Position numbers and translations under genes: made by a program. This document shows, piece after piece, positions 28,107-41,586 of a stretch of DNA of 64,000 nt (position 1 is the stretch's first letter; the number at the start of each line of letters is the position of its first letter). The notes under the pieces are model-generated. The model saw only the letters and a program-made list of their open reading frames with translations, was not told where the DNA came from and made no database searches. Origin of the DNA: Ophelia neglecta. Taxonomy: Eukaryota. The stretch covers positions 109,430,001-109,494,000 of the forward strand of contig OZ260662.1 in the NCBI GenBank assembly GCA_965285935.1. Direction: 5' to 3'.

Positions 28107-29069
28107 ATGGAAACGACGACGGATTCTTGGAATATGACAGAACAATCACCAGTAGAGACAAACTTGATTCCCATTCGGTTAATTCTGATGAAATATGTGT
28201 TTACCTCGGTGGTGGTTATCGGTTTAGTTGGAAACTCGCTGTCTATCGCTGTCATGACTAGGGCGTCACTGCGATCAACATCCACCAGTTTATACATGGT
28301 GGTGCTCGCCATCTCGGACTCTATAAACCTCCTTCTTTCCATTCCGTACATATGGATATATAATGTCTTTGGCATCAATTTGAGAATAAATAGCGAGATA
28401 TGCTGTAAAGTACTTACATACATGGTGTATGTGTTCGCTCACACCTCGTCTTGGATTCTTGCCAACATAACTATTGAGAGATTTGCCGCTGTGGCAGTGC
28501 CACTGAAAGCGAGGATATTATTCACCAGGAAGAAGGCTGCGTTTGGATTACTGCTGATGTTCTTGGTTCTTGCCACTGTCAATTCGCCAATATGGAGGTA
28601 TGTTTCGATTCTCCCTCTAGATGTCCATAAGGAATGCATTTGGGTCGATGAAATATCAGCAGTGGCCATAGAAGCGTTGGATCTGGTTTTATTTTCCGTT
28701 GTTCCATCCTGCATAATAGTGACTCTAAATTTGGCTATTCTCTATAAACTGAATAGATCAAAGTCAATACAAGGAAACTTTACATTGAACAATAGTAGTT
28801 ACCAGAAATCGCTTACCATCACCCTTATGTGTGTCAGCTCAGTATTTGTCCTCTGCACCTTACCACTTACATGTGCTTTGCTGTATTGGGAAACTATGCC
28901 AGTCAGTGGCCCGGATGTGTTCGACACGACATCAATGTTCCTTAGGGAGGTGTTTGTTACATTATTGTATGTGAATTATAGTGTAAATTTCTTTCTTTAC
29001 TGTCTAGCTGGTAAACGTTTCAGGGCTGAACTGAAAAACATGTTTTGTCAATGTGGAAACCTTACTTGA
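28107..29069 (+). CDS. Class A GPCR 'D', FMRFamide-receptor-like
   Basis: 7TM: GLVGN, LAISD, IERF, CTLP, NYSVNFFLYCLAGKRFR. ACCATGG start context at 28107. Upstream TTTTTCCAG is a likely 5'UTR splice acceptor. Confidence 0.93.
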   Translation: METTTDSWNMTEQSPVETNLIPIRLILMKYVFTSVVVIGLVGNSLSIAVMTRASLRSTSTSLYMVVLAISDSINLLLSIPYIWIYNVFGINLRINSEICCKVLTYMVYVFAHTSSWILANITIERFAAVAVPLKARILFTRKKAAFGLLLMFLVLATVNSPIWRYVSILPLDVHKECIWVDEISAVAIEALDLVLFSVVPSCIIVTLNLAILYKLNRSKSIQGNFTLNNSSYQKSLTITLMCVSSVFVLCTLPLTCALLYWETMPVSGPDVFDTTSMFLREVFVTLLYVNYSVNFFLYCLAGKRFRAELKNMFCQCGNLT

Positions 29070-31453
29070 TCTAGTTTTTTTTTACTAGGGATTGCCAGTT
29101 ACAATTTAAACAGGGCAACCCGGCGAGGGTTTACTCCTTAGTGGCCCTTATTGATACCTTTAAGGCTTAATACCAGATTGTCCACTGGTCTTGTAATATT
29201 TCTTATTATGATACAATCTACGTCTTCTAACAATTTATCCCCCAGGAGGCACTACGTCAGATTTTTATGCCCCAGGAAACATGCATACTAGGTGTATATG
29301 TGAAGGCGTTTATTCCTGGGAGCTACCTCCACTGGCATGCTAGTTTTTTTTGGCAATAGTGTTTTTTAATTCGCTTGATTTTGATGCCTTTCTTGACTGT
29401 CTGTATCCATAATGAAAATAAAATATGTGTTGCCATAAAACGACATATTTTAACAATCAACAGAGCTCTCATGAAGTTTAGTAATTTGCTTATAACATGT
29501 TTACATGTTTTATGCCAAAGTACATGGTATTGATTTTGGCAAATAAAAGACTAGGAATGACATAAAACAAAGCTTTGGTTTATTTTGTGCCTGAAAGGAT
29601 ATTCGTGTATTTAATATTTGATATATGTCCAGACACATCCGTGCATACTTCTCAGTATGTCAGCTAAATCAAAAAGAGCGAACGGAAAGAAAAAAATGTA
29701 CAAACAAATGTGATATTAGGAAATAATATTGTGTATTTGCCTTGCTACGTTCTGTATAGCTATTCATTAGGCTAGTAGGAATGACACCTACACTTATGCA
29801 ATAAACCGTTATATGCATGCTTTAAAGCAATGCCAAATCTCTGTCGCATTTGATATCGCGAAGTTACAAAAACTTTACGCTTATTACATTGGTTCTAGGG
29901 ACCAATTCTGTGAGCAAATAATCGGACAAATAAGGAAAGATTGTAAGATGTGTTTCAGTAATGTACGGTGTAGCGTAAAAGGAAACTGCGAGCCGCATGA
30001 CGTCTCGGAAAGGAAAGCGGTTTGCCCCGGTTGGGGTCGAAGGCTTGTGAAGACCGGGAGAACCGCTTTAACTTTGCGCCGCTAGTGGGTTTCTATCTTC
30101 AGAGGCGAAGAGGTACTTGCTGTGGATTCCGTTGGGTTCTTGAGGACCCGTTCGTAGACGTGGTTTCGGCTGGTAGAGTGCGTTAGCTGGTTAGTGCGTG
30201 TTGGCTGAACCCCGTTGGTCACGTAGACAGCAGTAGCAGGAACTCGTATTATGAGGGGAAACCATGTTAATTTAACATGAATAGGTCTTAATTAATTTGA
30301 TAGATAGAAAATAATTTTTTTGCTAGATTCACATAATCCAAAAGCAATTGCAATGAGATAAAACAAGTTTCAGTCAAAACCAGTGAGCAGAGGACCAAAA
30401 GTCCTGCATACAAGTAAGGTATGATGGATCAGCATCAGCTACCAAGCCGGCCCTAACTGTGCTTGAAAGAAGCAGTAAGCCTCGTCCCGTCTACTAATAT
30501 CAATACTGAAATCCGTCTTACTACTATTCTAAGACATAAAATCCACCGTATACAGCGCTGGCCCCTGGCGGAAGGAAAACCAGGCAACCAACTTTTGATG
30601 AAATCTCGTGACATCGCTGAGGTTTCGGAGGTTGCCCCCCCCCCCTCCCCCCCCCCGCACACACACACACTATTACAGCGGCGATGATTATCTGCAGTTG
30701 ACCCAGTTCACAGCACATTCTCGCAAGGATGGCTTCATGCCTGAGAGATGTCGGGTGTTGTTTGTCTGTTATTCTTATTTATGATCGTCTGGGATGACTC
30801 ACCGTTGAAAGCTCCGTTGCCGTGTGGAGAATACAAAAACACATTGCACATGAATCTTCTTTTGTTCGGAGGTAGCCTCTACAGCATTAAGAAGCAAACA
30901 GTGCCAAAGACACCCCACGGACACATGTATGTCCAAAGACATATGAACATTCTCACGGGACGCTAGATGAATACAGGTAACTTATGTGTTTGACTTCTTT
31001 AGTTATAAATAGGTCGTATTTGAAACACTGTGAAAAATTGCTTAAGGGGGCAATATAACCGAGGGGCTTGGTATTTAGTGTATGAGGTGGATTGTGAAGT
31101 TATGCTCTGAATGTTATGTGCACGTATACATCCACAGTCTGCATGTTGATGAAAGTCACAACAGGTGTTTGTTGAAGACTAACCCGGGGATGAATTAAAA
31201 GTGATAAAAGCTTGAACATATGGATAAATAGACCTCTATAATATCCATACCTCCCTTTTAATCAGCAAGTGCCATAATGTTGCATATTGTAAGCCCCACT
31301 TTTCAATTTTCATCTTCATTCAAGATTCCTTCTCTGAATGTAGAGTTTCTCCTTTCAAAATGTAAACTTCACATGATGGAAAATATTGCTTCAACCGGAA
31401 TGGGTAAATATCACAGGGGAAATTTGCCATTTGCCATTTTTTCCCTTTGAATG

Positions 31454-31697
31454 GGCATACTGAAAAAGCTGATACGAAATACCAGATACGAGACGCTGAT
31501 ACGAGATACGAGGTGTTTAAAACGTAGCCATATGGACTAGGTTAGGGTTAGGGTGAAGGATAAAGTAAGTTATGGTTTAGTTAGGTTGCTAGCTTAACCC
31601 TACCCCTTACCCTGTCATAATCCAACTCAATCTCAATTTTTCGTATCTGTGTATCTCGTATTTCCTTTGTATTTCGTATCAGGTTTTCCAGTATGCC
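31454..31697. mobile_element. MITE with 9-bp TSD (Mutator/MULE-like)
   Basis: TIRs GGCATACTGAAAAAGCTGATACGAAATAC / GTATTTCGTATCAGGTTTTCCAGTATGCC. TSD CTTTGAATG at 31445-31453 and 31698-31706. Empty site at about 46555. Confidence 0.88.
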
Positions 31698-33979
31698 CTT
31701 TGAATGCACCTGTATTTCACTTGAGGTTGTTTGTAGGCTTACTAGACAGGGAACATGTATATGAGCCATCATACGAAGAAACATCGTATAATCATACAGT
31801 TTGTAATACCCAGATTTATTCATAAACAATTCGTGCCGCACAGTCAGATAGAGTGTACACCCAGAGTTTTCTATGGCTTAGTTCCACACAATCAAATTTA
31901 ATTTGCCCAAATATTTATACATCAGTTCCACGCGGTAAAATATTTGTTACGGTCTAGGGAGGCTAGCGTTACCTTGACGTAAGTTTTGACTGACTAAAAT
32001 TAATGTAGCGTGCATACAGAAGCATAACTTCGAAGCTAGAAATAACTTACGGTTAATATTAACATAGTGTTTGAAATACACTGCAAAGAAGGTACTGAGT
32101 GAACTGCCTATTGCTTGATAGAAATAATCTGATAGCCCAAGGGTGTATACTTCGACAATTCGATTGGATAAAAAGGTATTTAGCCTTTGAATGAGGTGTC
32201 CTCCATATAGCGTGGAAATTCATGTCCACGAGACCTGCCCGAGTGCGAGCTTTGAAAATAATCATGGCTGCCATCGGCTCTCTGAGCGGCTACAGCGGCC
32301 GTAATATTGCCGACAAACTCGCTTATTCATAGGTAAAGAATAAATAGTGGTGCTAAGTCACACCAAGTATTATTTAATTGTATACGTCTTGGTTTATGTC
32401 ATTGGTTCGCTTATTACATTGGTTCTAGGGACCAATTCTGTGAGCAAATAATCGGACAAATTAGGAAAGATTGTAAGATGTGTTTCAGTAATGTACGGTG
32501 TAGCGTAAAAGGAAACTGCGAGCCGCATGACGTCTCGGAAAGGAAAGCGGTTTGCCCCGGTTGGGGTCGAAGGCTTGTGAAGACCGGGAGAACCGCTTTA
32601 ACTTTGCGCCGCTAGTGGATTTCTATCTTCAGAGGCGAAGAGGTACTTGCTGTGGATTCCGTTGGGTTCTTGAGGACCCGTTCGTAGACGTGGTTTCGGC
32701 TGGTAGAGTGCGTTAGCTGGTTAGTGCGTGTTGGCTGAACCCCGTTGGTCACGTAGACAGCAGTAGCAGGAACTCGTATTATGAGGGGAAACCATGTTAA
32801 TTTAACATGAATAGGTCTTAATTAATTTGATAGATAGAAAATAATTTTTTTGCTAGATTCACATAATCCAAAAGCAATTGCAATGAGATAAAACAAGTTT
32901 CAGTCAAAACCAGTGAGCAGAGGACCAAAAGTCCTGCATACAAGTAAGGTATGATGGATCAGCATCAGCTACCAAGCCGGCCCTAACTGTGCTTGAAAGA
33001 AGCAGTAAGCCTCGTCCCGTCTACTAATATCAATACTGAAATCCGTCTTACTACTATTCTAAGACATAAAATCCACCGTATACAGCGCTGGCCCCTGGCG
33101 GAAGGAAAACCAGGCAACCAACTTTTGATGAAATCTCGTGACATCGCTGAGGTTTCGGAGGTTGCCCCCCCCCTCCCCCCCCGCACACACACACACTATT
33201 ACAGCGGCGATGATTATCTGCAGTTGACCCAGTTCACAGCACATTCTCGCAAGGATGGCTTCATGCCTGAGAGATGTCGGGTGTTGTTTGTCTGTTATTC
33301 TTATTTATGATCGTCTGGGATGACTCACCGTTGAAAGCTCCGTTGCCGTGTGGAGAATACAAAAACACATTGCACATGAATCTTCTTTTGTTCGGAGGTA
33401 GCCTCTACAGCATTAAGAAGCAAACAGTGCCAAAGACACCCCACGGACACATGTATGTCCAAAGACATATGAACATTCTCACGGGACGCTAGATGAATAC
33501 AGGTAACTTATGTGTTTGACTTCTTTAGTTATAAATAGGTCGTATTTGAAACACTGTGAAAAATTGCTTAAGGGGGCAATATAACCGAGGGGCTTGGTAT
33601 TTAGTGTATGAGGTGGATTGTGAAGTTATGCTCTGAATGTTATGTGCACGTATACATCCACAGTCTGCATGTTGATGAAAGTCACAACAGGTGTTTGTTG
33701 AAGACTAACCCGGGGATGAATTAAAAGTGATAAAAGCTTGAACATATGGATAAATAGACCTCTATAATATCCATACCTCCCTTTTAATCAGCAAGTGCCA
33801 TAATGTTGCATATTGTAAGCCCCACTTTTCAATTTTCATCTTCATTCAAGATTCCTTCTCTGAATGTAGAGTTTCTCCTTTCAAAATGTAAACTTCACAT
33901 GATGGAAAATATTGCTTCAACCGGAATGGGTAAATATCACAGGGGAAATTTGCCATTTGCCATTTTTTCCCTTTGAATG

Positions 33980-34223
33980 GGCATACTGAAAAAGCTGATA
34001 CGAAATACCAGATACGAGACGCTGATACGAGATACGAGGTGTTTAAAACGTAGCCATATGGACTAGGTTAGGGTTAGGGTGAAGGATAAAGTAAGTTATG
34101 GTTTAGTTAGGTTGCTAGCTTAACCCTACCCCTTACCCTGTCATAATCCAACTCAATCTCAATTTTTCGTATCTGTGTATCTCGTATTTCCTTTGTATTT
34201 CGTATCAGGTTTTCCAGTATGCC
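33980..34223. mobile_element. MITE with 9-bp TSD, copied by the tandem duplication
   Basis: Identical to 31454-31697, with the same TSD. Confidence 0.88.
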
Positions 34224-35418
34224 CTTTGAATGCACCTGTATTTCACTTGAGGTTGTTTGTAGGCTTACTAGACAGGGAACATGTATATGAGCCATCATAC
34301 GAAGAAACATCGTATAATCATACAGTTTGTAATACCCAGATTTATTCATAAACAATTCGTGCCGCACAGTCAGATAGAGTGTACACCCAGAGTTTTCTAT
34401 GGCTTAGTTCCACACAATCAAATTTAATTTGCCCAAATATTTATACATCAGTTCCACGCGGTAAAATATTTGTTACGGTCTAGGGAGGCTAGCGTTACCT
34501 TGACGTAAGTTTTGACTGACTAAAATTAATGTAGCGTGCATACAGAAGCATAACTTCGAAGCTAGAAATAACTTACGGTTAATATTAACATAGTGTTTGA
34601 AATACACTGCAAAGAAGGTACTGAGTGAACTGCCTATTGCTTGATAGAAATAATCTGATAGCCCAAGGGTGTATACTTCGACAATTCGATTGGATAAAAA
34701 GGTATTTAGCCTTTGAATGAGGTGTCCTCCATATAGCGTGGAAATTCATGTCCACGAGACTTGCCCGAGTGCGAGCTTTGAAAATAATCATGGCTGCCAT
34801 CGGCTCTCTGAGCGGCTACAGCGGCCGTAATATTGCCGACAAACTCGCTTATTCATAGGTAAAGAATAAATAGTGGTGCTAAGTCACACCAAGTATTATT
34901 TAGTTGTATACGTCTTGGTTTATGTCAAAATTCACCTATTTACGCACATGGTTTGTGCTCTTTTGACACCTTGCCTAAACGGAGTATCATGCATAGCTAA
35001 ATGGCGGCCGTTTCCTAACAGTAGATATATAATTGTCTATAGGACGGTTCCACACAGTCAAATACACTGTAGGTTTCTTCCAAAATTACTTGTATTCAAT
35101 AAAATATGTGGATATAAATCCCACTTATCCATCTACCTATGATTTTGACAAATCCCACCTTCATAGCAAAGGGCTTAAACTAAACAAAACATATTCTTTC
35201 GTGATATTCTTGCCTGCCGATTTTGTATTTTATTGTAGTTACTTCAGGGGCGAAACACAAGCTAGCAGAAACTTAGTTCTCCGCCTTCGCATATTGTTAA
35301 CAGCCATCCTAATGTATTGTTTACTCGAGGCACACCTAACGGCTCGTGGACGTATTAGGGTTGGGTTTTGAATTGTGAGACAACTGTCGATGGCAAAAAT
35401 TTGTCTTCTGCTTACCTT

Positions 35419-35741
35419 GTTGTTGTTTGGGGTTTTACGTTGCTTTCAACACTTATCGGTCATATCGCCACAGTGCCTACTTGTGACAGTGGGCTCAATG
35501 CCGTCTTTAGAGTGCTGCCTCACTGGAGTACCTGCCGTAGACACCAGACAGGGAACCCCACCCAGTCACATTATACTGACACCGGGTTGACCAGTCCTGA
35601 TACTACCCCCGAAATACCAGGCGCCTGGCAGGGGAGCTATCAGACCCGATTTTGCGTCTTAGGTTTGACGCGATCGAGCTTCGAACCCCGATCTCCCACT
35701 TGCGAGGCGGACGCCCTAACCACTCAGCCACGCTTTGGTGG
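35419..35741 (-). mobile_element. tRNA-derived SINE (central domain resembles Meta/MESC SINEs)
   Basis: Minus-strand A box TGGCTGAGTGG and B box GGTTCGAAGC, core CCCGGTGTCAGTATAATGTGACTGGGTGGG, (AAC)n tail, 12-bp TSD TCTGCTTACCTT. Confidence 0.9.
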
Positions 35742-37583
35742 TCTGCTTACCTTACTCATTGATATGGTTATGTTAATCCTTGTTGGATTGGGGTCTACTC
35801 CTAGGAATGTAGCTCTCAAAGGCTCTCAGAAAGTTAGGGAAAGAGGAATAGTAGTTTGTGGAGCTGCAGCTTGTGGTTCCTGATTGTTTTTGGTCGATTC
35901 CAAGGACATTTCCTCTTGTACGATGTTGCCTGTCTGATCCTGCTTTTTTAGTGTTGTTATCAAATTACTTGTTTCTCGAACGTCAAAGGCAAATTAATAA
36001 TTTTGTATGTGACATTTGAATTTTGTCACTTCGACGCGCATGTCATTATAAAATCATTGTTAAGTATTTGCTGACTAATGCGACTTCTCATAGGTATACT
36101 ACTTGAAACAGAAGGTATACTACTTGAAACAGAACTTGTATTTAATTGCTCAATATAGAAACGACTGTTATGCGTCAGTGTATTTCTTATGAAATATACA
36201 TTGTAGATAAAGTTATTACATATGAGATATGGTCACACTTATGTAAAAACAAAGCAACACTTAAAAAGGCACCTTTTTATGGTACAATGCTAAATGTTCT
36301 ATTGCTAATTACTATCATAAGTCGAAGTCTTTTCTTTTTCTTTGATATTTTGCCTAGTACAATAATTTACAGGCTCACAGGGACACTAATTGTTATTTGC
36401 GAATTAAGAAAGTTAACCCTATCAATTTATGTTGATTTGTTTGCATATGTCAAATTATGCTCTCATCGGAAATTAAATACATTTTCTGTTAACATATATG
36501 GAACCCCAGTATTAATTCCATTCTTCCTACGAATATGTCTTGTGATGTCTTGGGGTCGGGGAGCGTCACACCGGGGCTGGTGGGTCCGAGTGCTTCCCTC
36601 CTTGCTGGAACTACGCTTCCCGTATCTGATGGTAACACCGGATAAACTCAATTCAAAGAGAAATCAAATTGAAAATCTATGTTTGACATTTTTACATAGA
36701 CAAAGAGGCCAACGGAAAAGGTTAAGATTCATCATACATCACTTTTCAGAATAGATTAATCAATAATGTGTCTATGGTACGTGATCATATTGTTTTAATG
36801 GACGTGCCCTAATGATATCTGTAGCTTGAAGCTGCAGCTATGGCGCGCCGTGGTTCACCCCGAACGACTCCAATTTGGACATCCATTCAGTCGTTTTTGT
36901 TATAGATAGCATAGTTTGGGTAGACATTCTAAGGCATTGTATTTCGAGCAAGGTATTTTCTTTGTAATTAAATCCGACTGAAGACATTGCCCAAAACATT
37001 CTTACTACCACTAATTGTTTCTTATGCAATTAACTCAATCTTGTGTAATATTAAGAAATATTATGATTATTTCATCAATTAAGAAATGTCCAACTCCAAA
37101 GCGAATCCACTTTGATAAACGTTGCTACGAGGTTATACGTAGGACATCACATACATGTAGTAAGGGTAATCATAATTATTTTAAATCTTAATATTTAAAA
37201 TCATTGAGTTAATTGCAATGTATTTGCGGGTTCTTTAGGAAATTATTCAGAATATCATAAATGATGGAGGAGTGGTCAATTTAATTATCTAATCCCATTT
37301 TAAAAGTCGGTGATATACACCAAAGATGAAACGCACCAGGCGGGAATGAGGAAGACCAAAATGATTCATAGAAATTTGACGCCCGGACAACGGGCACCTG
37401 TTGTTTATTGGGGAACCGGTTATCGCATTAGCTATGATCCCTCAATTCTGCTACTGGTGTGAACCGCGGGAATTAACTTTTTGTCTAAATATCGCACAAA
37501 TATCAGAGTATGAGAAAAACGTGGGACGCCATATGAAACATGCTAAATGTACTACTAAAACAATTTTTATTTTTATTTCAGCC

Positions 37584-40458
37584 ATGAGTAGACAACTATC
37601 TATACTGCTTTTCTGCTTATATGTGCCCAAGGCGGATGCTCGTGTCAACAATGTGTGTAAGACATCACTTAACTCATATGGAATAGAAGAGGACTGCAGT
37701 TCTATGGATCTCACCCATGTACCCAGTTATTTATCTTCATTTATTGTAGGATTGAATCTACGATTGAACAATATTTCGTTCTTATTGGCAGATAATTTTG
37801 GTCGATATCCAAGCCTGCGAACACTTGATTTGAGTTTCAATCAACTTGAAGTCATTGTCGATGGTGCATTCAGCGCATTGTCACAATTAGAAACATTGGA
37901 CGTTCGTTTTAACCGATTAACCTACGGTAAGGACAGCTTCTCTTGCATCTCCATCAAACATCTTAACTCTTTAAAGGTCCTAAAGCTTGATTCGGATATA
38001 TATCCTTTGACGCCAAGTCTTCATCAATGTGTCTGCGTTACCTATGTTAAGGGTCCTTTATATCAGTAGATGCAAACGTTTCAAAAGTTTCCTACCGACT
38101 GAGAATCGAATGACTCACATTCAAGAATTAGACCTCACTCGAATTAAAGTTCACCGTGTGTCAAGACGCTTCATGGAATACTTCCGGAATAGCTCTCTGA
38201 AGGCGATATCGTTCCGAAACGGTTATATAGACACTCTGCAGGAAGGGTTATTCGCAGACTTGGACAATCTTCACACTATCAACTTGGCTTCTAATCCCAT
38301 TTCTCTACGAGACGCTGTCTCTGCTCTGGCACATCTTGGAACAACCCCTCTCAGGTCTCTCATACTGGACCCGAAAGAATACTTAGCAAAGAGCGACACC
38401 CTCAATAGTAGTGCTTTCTGTAACGATGTCGGAGACAGGCTGGAACGTCTTACAATTAGGAACATTCGGACTTTTACGTTAGATTTTTCCTTTCTAAAAT
38501 GCTTAAAGAAACTAAGAATATTATCAATGTCACACATATTTATATTACAGTTTTCATTGAATGGCCAACTAATCGAATCTGAAAATTTCTTTCAAACAAT
38601 GTCTGCCTGGTGTCCGATTCAACTAGAGCTTTTGGACTTAAGTTATCCTCTCAGTGCGCGGAGAGTTTATCAACAAGCGTTCAGCAATTGTAAGAGATCG
38701 AACCCAACTCCCTGCAACTTACAACCGGAAGATTTTTTTCCAACAAAAAGCGTTATTACGACTTTGGAGAGTGACATTGTACCGACTAGGCAAAGCACTG
38801 AAATTTTCAACCACACGGAAATCGTTCATCGTCTGCCTTCGAACTTACCATACTTCTACATGTCCCACTTTAAGGGGTTGTGTCGCTCTGACGTCACAGA
38901 GAAGGGGGCATTTTATTTTGACCCTATGAATTCTTTATATGCTCTTAATTTTAGCTTTTCTTCTAGTATGTGCTTCGTTGGAAAATTTAGACCTACAGCT
39001 GGATTATACGGGCTTCCAGCCTTGGTAAATTTGGATGTTAGCCACATAGAAATCACAGAACTATTTCCAATACATGGCTCGGACAACATCAAATTTGTAA
39101 ATGCTTCTCATAATAAATTGGGTTCTAAAATAGGCTGGGACATTGCAAAAGAACTCCATTGGAACACCTCTGCACTTGAGCTGTTGGACCTTTCCAACAA
39201 TCTCATTCATTTTGTTGGTCGGGATCTATTACGTGTCTGCCCAAATCTACGAATAGCTAATTTCGCCAACAATCAGCTATTAAATATCGACATTACTTTT
39301 TATCAAACAGGGCTACAAATACTCGACCTTTCCCACAATTCATTGGCATTTTACCCTAGAAACTTCACGGAGAATTTAATCCAAATGACTAATACAACTC
39401 TAGCTGTAGACTTGTCAGCAAACCGATTTCAGTGCAGTTGTGATCTAGTTAATTTTGGTATTTGGTTGAATGTCACAGAAATAACCATCCTAGGAAAAGA
39501 AAAGTACAAGTGTTTCTCCAATAATACCAACAAAGGATATGTAAACATACTAAAGATGGAACCAGCTGACTTCTGTCATGACCGCTTACCTTTGCACATT
39601 TATACGGCGTACATTATTCCACTTATATCAGTAGTAGCCACGTTTTGTTCCTTGGTTTTTGCTGCGCTAATTATATATAGATACAGATATCGTATACTAC
39701 TTCGTTATTATTTGTTACGATTTCAGCTGTGCAACATTGGGCAAGACCATAAACAATTTGATGGTTATTTACTGTATAATAGTGAATCAGACAATGACAG
39801 ATTATTTGCAACTAGGTTCCTCAGAGATCGATTGGAAGAGGAGCGAGGATTTACACTGTTTATTCCTGATCGAGACGCGAGGGTCGATGCTGCAACAGCA
39901 GAGGAAATTGTGAGAGGAATGATGGAATCAAAAAGCATACTTATATTGCATAGTCCTTCCTTCTTTTACAATGAGGTACATGACCGGAATAATCTTACCA
40001 GCACTCATGCGGATGTTCTGGCATCGAAGGAGGTTAGTCATTCTCTTATTATCAGTAGCGGAAGTGAATTGTTTGACCATGGGGATGATGATGCTAAGGA
40101 AAGCAACCTCATGCAAGTACAAGAACAAAAAAACTCTTTATCTGCTGTAAAACCTATGTACCACAATAACTCTGAGTGTCCCGAGTCCGAAACAATGCTT
40201 AATGAAAAAAAAGTTCACCCAGACAATTGCAGATACAATGAGTGGGTAGACTTCGCATTGCTTACAGCCATGAGATTCATGAGAGATAAACGGATATGTA
40301 TAATAAGACTCGGAGACGTAAATCAGGATAAAGTTTCCTCTAAATGGCACCCTCTATTGTTTCCGAATCCTTTTATGTGTCCAATAGCTGTGCTTAATGC
40401 CGGTAGCAAAAATTTTCTTGTTAAAATATCAAATGTTCTTCTTGGTAAAATGGCATAA
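37584..40458 (+). pseudogene. Toll-like receptor copy 1, frameshifted
   Basis: ORFs 37401-38069 and 38029-40458 together match intact copy 2. There is a 2-bp deletion in a TG run at about 38030. This could be a sequencing error. Confidence 0.8.
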
Positions 40459-40540
40459 GAAACACATATTCGCTATTCATTAATAAACATTTACGTGTCT
40501 AATAAAGCGTTTAGTAATGTTTTCTGTCCTTGTGGAACTT

Positions 40541-40864
40541 CTACCAAAGCGTGGCCGAGTGGTTAGGGCGTCCGCCTCGTAAGTGGGAGATCGGGGTTCG
40601 AAGCTCGATCGCGTCAAACCTAAGATGTAAAAATAGGTACTGATAGCTCCCCTGCCAGGCGCCTGGCATTTCGGGGGTAGTATCAGGACTGGTCAACCCG
40701 GTGTCAGTATAATGTGACTGGGTGGGGTTACCTGTCTGGTGTCTACGGCAGTAGAGGCAGTGAGGCAGCACTCTAAAGAGGGCATTGAGCCCACTGTCAC
40801 AAGTAGGCACTGTGGCGATATGACCGATAAGTGTTGAAAGCCACATAAAAACCCCAAACAACAA
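40541..40864 (+). mobile_element. tRNA-derived SINE
   Basis: A box TGGCCGAGTGG, B box GGTTCGAAGC, (AAC)n tail, TSD CTTGTGGAACT(T/A). Confidence 0.9.
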
Positions 40865-41586
40865 CTTGTGGAACTATTTAAGTAAGAGGTTAAACCAAGA
40901 AACATCAAGTGATTATTAACCCTCAATGCTTTGCCTTGATCTGTTAGATATCGGAGTGTTGCAGTGCAGACTCGTATTTAGCCAATTAGGCTATTTATTA
41001 ATAAATTAATAATTCTATTTCTTGTAGTCAAACTGCTCTCAGTAAGTGCTAGGATACACATTCCGTGTCCAATGATAATGTTGTGATTTCATTTAAAGGA
41101 CGCCAATACTAACACAATGGGATTGGACAGTGCGAGTTATAGGGAACATGGCAAGTTTGGTGTAATGTGGCTGATTCGACCGCAGAGGAATAATTATCAA
41201 AATTGATGTGGGTCATGGAAAGTTTTAAATCGGCTTGCCACTAGATTTAATAATAGTGCCTATAGCATATACTGGTTGTGTGCTAACCTTCTGTCCATCC
41301 TCCCCCCCCCCCCCCACACTCCCAGCCCGGTTGCCCCAAAAGTGGTTTGCAAACACTTATCCGATCAATGGCCGTAGGATTGACACTTCAATTCCAAGGC
41401 CGACACGCTAACAACTACGATCTGAAGTACACTGGTAGTTTATTGATCGGCGCACATTATGAATACTGATGAGTTGTGCGCTTAACTACTGGTTATACAG
41501 CCCAAACAGAAGGGTATATCAACTATTTCTCCTGTGAGGGATCACACATTTTGTTTCATAATTTTTGTGCAAAGTCTTGTTTCGTA

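Larger units (their letters stand above)
29878..34926 (+). repeat. About 2.53-kb tandem duplication (29878-32400 and 32408-34926)
   Basis: Near-identical units offset by about 2526-2530 bp, with a 7-bp filler at the junction. Confidence 0.95.

Noticed and set aside
30463-30966. Short ORFs repeated three times (30463, 32993, 45480), with faint similarity to a TIR C-terminus (ILRHKIHRIQRWP)
   Set aside because: The recurrence is due to the duplications, the frames are broken by variable C/CA runs, and the similarity is too weak.
35368-35883. ORFs of 100-170 aa over the SINEs (35368, 40541, 48115, 52672)
   Set aside because: They are antisense readings of SINE sequence.
36146-36754. 202-aa ORF upstream of TLR copy 1
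   Set aside because: It has a non-ATG start and no domain, and it is not preserved in copy 2.
40541-40615. tRNA-like sequence with A/B boxes and a CGT anticodon-like loop (also at about 35700, 48400 and 52740)
   Set aside because: It is the head of a TSD-flanked SINE and has no proper acceptor stem, so it is not a tRNA gene.
41270-41425. Possible old SINE remnant upstream of the NHL gene
   Set aside because: Only a weak tRNA-like head is visible, with no TSD or B box.
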